A stretch of DNA of 64,000 nt, from NCBI GenBank assembly GCA_041686735.1, contig JAWLDF010000005.1, positions 70,029 through 134,028 of the forward strand. The letters run 5' to 3'. Shown in pieces: positions 59,159 through 64,000 of this stretch (positions are counted from its first letter, which is position 1; each line of letters begins with the position of its first letter). The position numbers were made by a program, and so were the translations under genes. The stretch comes from Bacilli bacterium (GTDB lineage Bacteria; Bacillota; Bacilli; JACDOE01). The notes below the pieces were generated by a model. The model worked only from the letters and a program-made list of their open reading frames with translations. It had not been told where the DNA came from and made no database searches.

Positions 59159-60514
59159 TTATCCTGCATGAATATGGCCGTAAATGCCCTCTTGCTCCAG
59201 TTCGCTTTCCAACTCATACACCGACTCATCCAAAATTTCAATGATCCTGTCGATTTCTTCTTTTTTAACAATCAGCGGGGGAGCGAGCAGGATTGCGTCT
59301 CCCGAGTGTCCTTCCAGAGCACCGGACGCCGCATAAATCATCACACCTTTTGAAAATGCTTTTTCTACCAGTCTCACAGTCACCTTTTGCTCCGGAGCGA
59401 AGGGAGTCCGGGTTTGTGTATTTGAAACCAGTTCAATTCCACACATGAGACCCAACCCGCGCACGTCACCGACGATCGGATGACGCTGGGCAAATGCATA
59501 CAGTTGATTCAGCAAATACTCTCCGGTTCGTGCAGAATTTTCAATGAGTGCGTGATTCTCGATATGTTCCATCACCGCCAGGGCAACCGCCGATGAGAGC
59601 GGGTTCCCGCTGTAAGTATGGCCCGACATGACGAGTCCCGACCCCTGCCTGATCACTTCAATAATGCGATCACTGGCGATGGTGGCCGAAATCGGAGCAT
59701 ATCCGGCGCTTAATCCTTTTCCTGTCGCAATGATATCCGGAATCACATTCCAGTGTTCCATGGCAAAACGTTTACCGGTACGACCGATCCCCGTCATGAC
59801 TTCATCGGCGATCAACAATATATGATAACGGTCACAGATCTCGCGAATCTCCTTATAATAATCGGGTGGTGGTACAATCGCGCCTCCCGAAGCACCGATG
59901 ACCGGTTCAACGATAAATGCCGCGATATATTCGGGACCGATCCGCAGTATCGCATTTTCTAATTCCCTTGCACACAACATATTGCAGGACGGATATCTTG
60001 AAGCAAACGGACAGCGGTAACAATGGGGCGGAGATGCCACCGGCAAATCATCCAGCAACGGAGCAAAACGCTTCCGCCGTGCCGTATGACCGGACATGGA
60101 TAATGCTCCCATCGTGATCCCGTGATAACTCATCCAGCGGGATAACACCCGCGTTTTTGTTCCCTGTCCCTGTTCCTGCCAGTACTGGATTGCGATTTTC
60201 ATGGCCGTTTCTGTTGCTTCCGAACCGCTATTGACGAAAAAAACCTGATTCAAATCTGCCGGAGCCCACTCACTTAATTTTTGTGCAAGAAGTTCGGCCG
60301 GCTCGTTGGTAAACTGGGCACGGTATGAAAAAGCTACCTTATTGGCCTGCTCCATCATGACCCTGGAAATTTCCTCCACACCGTGTCCGATGCTGGCCGT
60401 GACTGCTCCGGAACATGCATCGATATACTGATTTCCTTCTGTATCATAGAGGTAAATTCCTTTACCGTAACTGACTAGCGGATATTCTTTGTTCAACTCA
60501 GGTTTAATGACATT
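59159..60514 (-). CDS. Class III (omega) aminotransferase (yodT-like)
   Basis: PLP fold-type I blocks (GSEATETAMK; ADEVMTGIGRTG; TGKGLSAG). GTG start with a GGAG RBS. Confidence 0.85.
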   Translation of the reverse strand, partial: NVIKPELNKEYPLVSYGKGIYLYDTEGNQYIDACSGAVTASIGHGVEEISRVMMEQANKVAFSYRAQFTNEPAELLAQKLSEWAPADLNQVFFVNSGSEATETAMKIAIQYWQEQGQGTKTRVLSRWMSYHGITMGALSMSGHTARRKRFAPLLDDLPVASPPHCYRCPFASRYPSCNMLCARELENAILRIGPEYIAAFIVEPVIGASGGAIVPPPDYYKEIREICDRYHILLIADEVMTGIGRTGKRFAMEHWNVIPDIIATGKGLSAGYAPISATIASDRIIEVIRQGSGLVMSGHTYSGNPLSSAVALAVMEHIENHALIENSARTGEYLLNQLYAFAQRHPIVGDVRGLGLMCGIELVSNTQTRTPFAPEQKVTVRLVEKAFSKGVMIYAASGALEGHSGDAILLAPPLIVKKEEIDRIIEILDESVYELESELEQEGIYGHIHAG

Positions 60515-60784
60515 AGACACAAGCAGTTCACTCCTCTCTACATCGCTTTTGAAGCAAACACACAGGAGCAATCCAGCAAATGATGCATACTGTCCCTGTA
60601 ACCTCATACTATTACATCGTCAAATTTCCCACCATACTCCGTCATGAAACAATTTTTTTCACCTTTTTTATACACTTGGTATAAACCGGAGGGATATCTT
60701 TCTTCCGCTCCCCTGCTATGCTTTTCCCTGCTAATGTGACATAATGAATGTAAAAGCGGGTCAGATGGACTCGGGGGTGAGCGG

Positions 60785-62446
60785 ATGTCTATCACGATCG
60801 AGGAAGCGTTGCAACTTCCCATCATGAAAGAAACGAAATTGGTAGCCGGACAAAAAGGGATCGGCAATTCCATCAAATGGGTCACAATTGTAGAAGTGGT
60901 AGAGGACATTTCGCGGTTATCGGAAGGTGAATTCCTGATTACCACCGGCTATGGATTGGACCAGAATGATCTGATGCGTCATACTTTCATCGATAAACTT
61001 ATGGCGCAGAAACTTTCCGGACTCGCAATTCATACAGGTTTTTATCTCAAAGAAATTCCGCAGGAATTTATCGATGCAGCCAACCGCCATGGTTTTCCCA
61101 TCATCGAAATTCCGATGAAATTCAACTTTTCCATGATCACCAAGGCGATCCTGCAGCAGATCGTGAACCGGCAAATGCAAATGCTTGAGTATTCCGAGGA
61201 CATTCACCAGCGTTTTACCCGGCTGGTTCTCGCCAATCTCGGACTTCCCTCGATCGCCGACACCTTGTACCAGTTAACCGGAGGAACCGTTCGCATTTAT
61301 AATGACATCGGCGAAGAACTTTTTGTTTCCCATGACCGGGACAACCCCGGCAACCTAGAAGAAATTCGTTCGATCTATGATAAGTTGCAGGAAGCGGGAA
61401 AAGTGGAAGAGATGTTTAAATTAAAAGAAATGGTGGAACATGAGTTTTCCATTGACGATGAAGAGGTAAAAGCGGTGTTACAACCTGTCGTCGCCAACGA
61501 TTATAATTATGGATTCATCACGGTGGTCAAATCCCTGTCGTCATGGGAAGACCTGGATTACTTGGCCATTTCTCATGCGGCAACGGTCTGCGCCATTGAA
61601 TTTTTGAAACAGGCCGCCGTCTCTGAGACAGAAATGCGCATGCGCGGGGATTTCCTGGAGGAATTACTCAGTGGTGATGTCCATCATTCGGTACGTCTGA
61701 TTGAACGGGGAAAAATGCTCGGATATGACTTGACCGGAACCCATGCCGTCATTTGTTTTCAACTCCATTTTTCCAGCCAGGAACAGATGGATACCGAATC
61801 CCAGCACTATCGGGACAAGTTGTACCACACCGTAGAATATATTATCCAGCAACAAAATCAGCATGCAATTTTGCGTCAGCGCCATAACACTTTGATCCTG
61901 CTGGTCCGGTGTGATCAATACCATGGGGAACATTTGTATCGCATCGCAAAGGAAGTGTTGCATCACTGGGAGTATTATCACCCTTCCCTTCCCGTCTCCA
62001 TCGGTATTGGAAATCGCACTTCGTCGGTGGATGCCATTGCAAAAAGTGCTAGGGAAGCGGAGTACGCCCTGCAATACGGAAGCCTGCTTCCTCATCACCT
62101 TCCCATCTACCATTTTGCTGATCTTGAACCCTATCATTTACTCATTGAAATGATGGAAAATGATGTGGACCTGACTTCCTATTACAGACGTACACTGGGA
62201 AAATTGCTTGAAACCAAAAAAGAGGACGACCGGGATCATCCGTTGCTCGATACGCTGGAGATGTATCTGCTTCATAATATGAACATGCAGAGTACTTCGG
62301 CACAGCTTCATATTCATCGTCACACCTTAAAATACCGCCTGCAACAAATCGAAAAAAAGACAGGCAAAAGCCTGTCTTCACCGCATCATCGTCTTCAATT
62401 GCAACTTGCCGTCATGGCATACCGGATGATGAATAAAACCGAGTGA
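60785..62446 (+). CDS. PucR-family transcriptional regulator (full length)
   Basis: N-terminal PucR domain, central GGDEF-like region, C-terminal HTH (LHIHRHTLKYRLQQIE). 553 aa. GGGGGTGAG RBS. Confidence 0.8.
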   Translation: MSITIEEALQLPIMKETKLVAGQKGIGNSIKWVTIVEVVEDISRLSEGEFLITTGYGLDQNDLMRHTFIDKLMAQKLSGLAIHTGFYLKEIPQEFIDAANRHGFPIIEIPMKFNFSMITKAILQQIVNRQMQMLEYSEDIHQRFTRLVLANLGLPSIADTLYQLTGGTVRIYNDIGEELFVSHDRDNPGNLEEIRSIYDKLQEAGKVEEMFKLKEMVEHEFSIDDEEVKAVLQPVVANDYNYGFITVVKSLSSWEDLDYLAISHAATVCAIEFLKQAAVSETEMRMRGDFLEELLSGDVHHSVRLIERGKMLGYDLTGTHAVICFQLHFSSQEQMDTESQHYRDKLYHTVEYIIQQQNQHAILRQRHNTLILLVRCDQYHGEHLYRIAKEVLHHWEYYHPSLPVSIGIGNRTSSVDAIAKSAREAEYALQYGSLLPHHLPIYHFADLEPYHLLIEMMENDVDLTSYYRRTLGKLLETKKEDDRDHPLLDTLEMYLLHNMNMQSTSAQLHIHRHTLKYRLQQIEKKTGKSLSSPHHRLQLQLAVMAYRMMNKTE

Positions 62447-62488
62447 TCCACACAAGGGGAAAAAGAAACGGAACAAACCTCATGATCT

Positions 62489-63331
62489 TCATTCATCCGA
62501 CGTTTCGCGCAGCGGTTTGCACCAGATGTTCATATCCTCGAAACCCGTGGAAATGATACAATTGTTGATCAAACGGCCGCGATATTGGTAACCATGCCTT
62601 GCCGTAGTAATGTTCATTCCCGGAGAGACTGCCCGGGTAAGGGAAAAAAGATAATAAATTCCCTTCTTCTCCAGGTGATCTTCAAGCGCAAAAAACAAAT
62701 GACTCAGCAAACTCTGTCCGCGAAATTCCGGGAGAGTGGCACAATCAGTCAATTCCGCACAACCATTGGCTTCGGTGATTTCCGCCGAAGCCACACTCAC
62801 AATGTTTCCCTCATGCTCAATCACCATAAAATCCACGTTTTGTGACATCATTAACGAAACATACTGCGGATCGTGTACCGGAGTGGGGTAAAGTGGAAAA
62901 ACCGTGCGAAAAACATGGACCATCTGCGCTACATCACGTGGCTCTGCCAGCCGCAGACAAAACCCCTGCGGAAGTTGGCCGGGTTGTGCTGATTTCTTAC
63001 TCTGCGCCACAGCAATAATCTCATCTTCTTCCTGTATATGCTCAGAACGTCCCCGCTTGCTGTCGGGAAAAGCAGACATCAGATAGGCGTTCGTCCCCTG
63101 AAAAAACCCGTCAATTTTTCCTTCCTCCCGAAACCCATAATGACGGATCATTTCCATATGCTTTTTGCGCGCATATATTGTAAATTTTCCCGCTTTTTGT
63201 TTTGTTGCGAACTCCTGCCAGTTTTCCAGTATGTATGACAAATTCGTGATCCGCGAATCCATGACCTTGATGCGGCTGTTATGTTGATCAACGATGATGT
63301 TCGGATCATGAAACGGGTATTGACCTGACAT
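62489..63331 (-). CDS. GNAT acetyltransferase of the putative beta-lysine N-acetyltransferase type (yodP/AblB-like)
   Basis: 280 aa from MSGQYPFHD. Two-lobed GNAT sequence pattern. Sits with yodQ/R/S/T-like genes, as in the B. subtilis kamA operon. AAAGGGGG RBS. Confidence 0.6.
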   Translation of the reverse strand: MSGQYPFHDPNIIVDQHNSRIKVMDSRITNLSYILENWQEFATKQKAGKFTIYARKKHMEMIRHYGFREEGKIDGFFQGTNAYLMSAFPDSKRGRSEHIQEEDEIIAVAQSKKSAQPGQLPQGFCLRLAEPRDVAQMVHVFRTVFPLYPTPVHDPQYVSLMMSQNVDFMVIEHEGNIVSVASAEITEANGCAELTDCATLPEFRGQSLLSHLFFALEDHLEKKGIYYLFSLTRAVSPGMNITTARHGYQYRGRLINNCIISTGFEDMNIWCKPLRETSDE

Positions 63332-63392
63332 TGAAATCCCCCTTTCTTTTTTCATGGTAACAAAAAACAGGGGGATAGCAAAGATGAAAGTA

Positions 63393-63467
63393 TGGCTGGG
63401 CAGGCTGGGTTCGAACCAGCGCATCACGGAGTCAAAGTCCGTTGCCTTACCACTTGGCTACTGCCCA
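63393..63467 (-). tRNA. tRNA-Gln (anticodon UUG)
   Basis: Reverse complement TGGGCAGTAGCCAAGTGGTAAGGCAACGGACTTTGACTCCGTGATGCGCTGGTTCGAACCCAGCCTGCCCAGCCA folds as a cloverleaf with a CTTTGAC anticodon loop and encoded CCA. It is near-identical in form to Bacillus tRNA-Gln. Confidence 0.85.
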
Positions 63468-63601
63468 GCAACAGTAACTATATTTTCACGTTTTTTCAGG
63501 TTTTATTCATAGACATAAAGTGTATCGCCGGTTATCGCTGTTACGTATAATGCAGTGGGCCATGGATAGCTTCGACACCAAGATGAAAGGAAAGAATTGA
63601 T

Positions 63602-64000
63602 GTGGGTTTGCGCATTTTTGCTCACCGGGGTGCGTCAAGAAAATACCCTGAAAATACATTGATTGCTTTTGAAGCAGCCCTGAAAATGGGGGCAAATGGA
63701 ATCGAATGTGACGTACAATTAACAAAAGACGGCCACATTGTCGTTATTCATGATGTCACCCTTCAACGCACAACCAGCGGGTTTGGTCTTGTCAGACAAT
63801 ATACACTGTCTCAACTAAAAAAACTGGATGCCGGTTCATGGTTCGACCCCCGCTTCCGTCACACGCGGATTCCTACTCTGGACGAAGTGTTACGATGGGT
63901 TCACTCCGTACCCTTTCCGGTCTTCATCAACATCGAATTGAAAAATGTGCTCATTCCCCAGCCGAATCTTGAAAAAAAACTGATTGATATTACAGAGGAG
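63602..64000 (+). CDS. Glycerophosphodiester phosphodiesterase (5' part; continues beyond window)
   Basis: GTG start after AAAGGAAAG. Translation VGLRIFAHRGASRKYPENTLIAFEAALKMGANGIECDVQLTKDGHIVVIHDVTLQRTTSG is the GDPD catalytic N-terminus. Confidence 0.75.
   Translation, partial: MGLRIFAHRGASRKYPENTLIAFEAALKMGANGIECDVQLTKDGHIVVIHDVTLQRTTSGFGLVRQYTLSQLKKLDAGSWFDPRFRHTRIPTLDEVLRWVHSVPFPVFINIELKNVLIPQPNLEKKLIDITEE

Noticed and set aside
63507-63725. 72-aa minus-strand ORF near the right edge
   Set aside because: It is antisense to the well-supported glycerophosphodiester phosphodiesterase N-terminus and lacks an RBS.
1-64000. Search for CRISPR arrays, IS elements, integrases or phage genes
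   Set aside because: No regularly spaced direct repeats, transposase or recombinase-like ORFs, or terminal inverted repeats were seen. The window looks like core chromosome with local rearrangements, not a mobile island.

Overview
This 64 kb window reads as Bacillaceae-type chromosome from an endospore former, about 48% GC, with nearly every gene legible and no transposases, phage genes or CRISPR arrays. Both ends are cut mid-gene: a GerA-family germinant receptor A subunit at the left edge and a glycerophosphodiester phosphodiesterase at the right edge. Several blocks are syntenic with the Bacillus subtilis yla/ylb region (ykuS-like, aroK, ylbF, ylbG, a CBS protein, ylaN, glsA, an SEDS protein). 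A second block matches the yod/kamA beta-lysine operon (aminotransferase, CoA-transferase A/B, M20 deacylase and a yodP-like GNAT), but here it is interrupted by a PucR regulator and a tRNA-Gln, and kamA is not in the window. Two T-box leaders are readable from their conserved box and terminator hairpins. One precedes a type-2 (about 1030 aa) ileS; the other precedes a short, catabolic-size threonine dehydratase. Housekeeping content includes an acoABC-like E1alpha/E1beta/E2 operon, a pyruvate-oxidase-like TPP enzyme, a class I fumarate hydratase, msmX, CoA-disulfide reductase, glycerate kinase, an S8 protease, a rhomboid protease, SleB and two YheC/YheD ATP-grasp paralogs. The most unusual content is: (1) a co-translated two-gene module of an XPB/Ssl2-type SF2 helicase (RED motif present) with a 679-aa uncharacterized partner; (2) a long membrane-anchored di-haem cytochrome c of the CCP/MauG superfamily; (3) a tungsten-type aldehyde:ferredoxin oxidoreductase (AOR) with an overlapping MoaD/ThiS-like GG-terminal gene; (4) a convergent intergenic region with two tandem terminator hairpins each next to a 12-nt direct repeat. 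Start sites were refined by eye from RBS context and are approximate.
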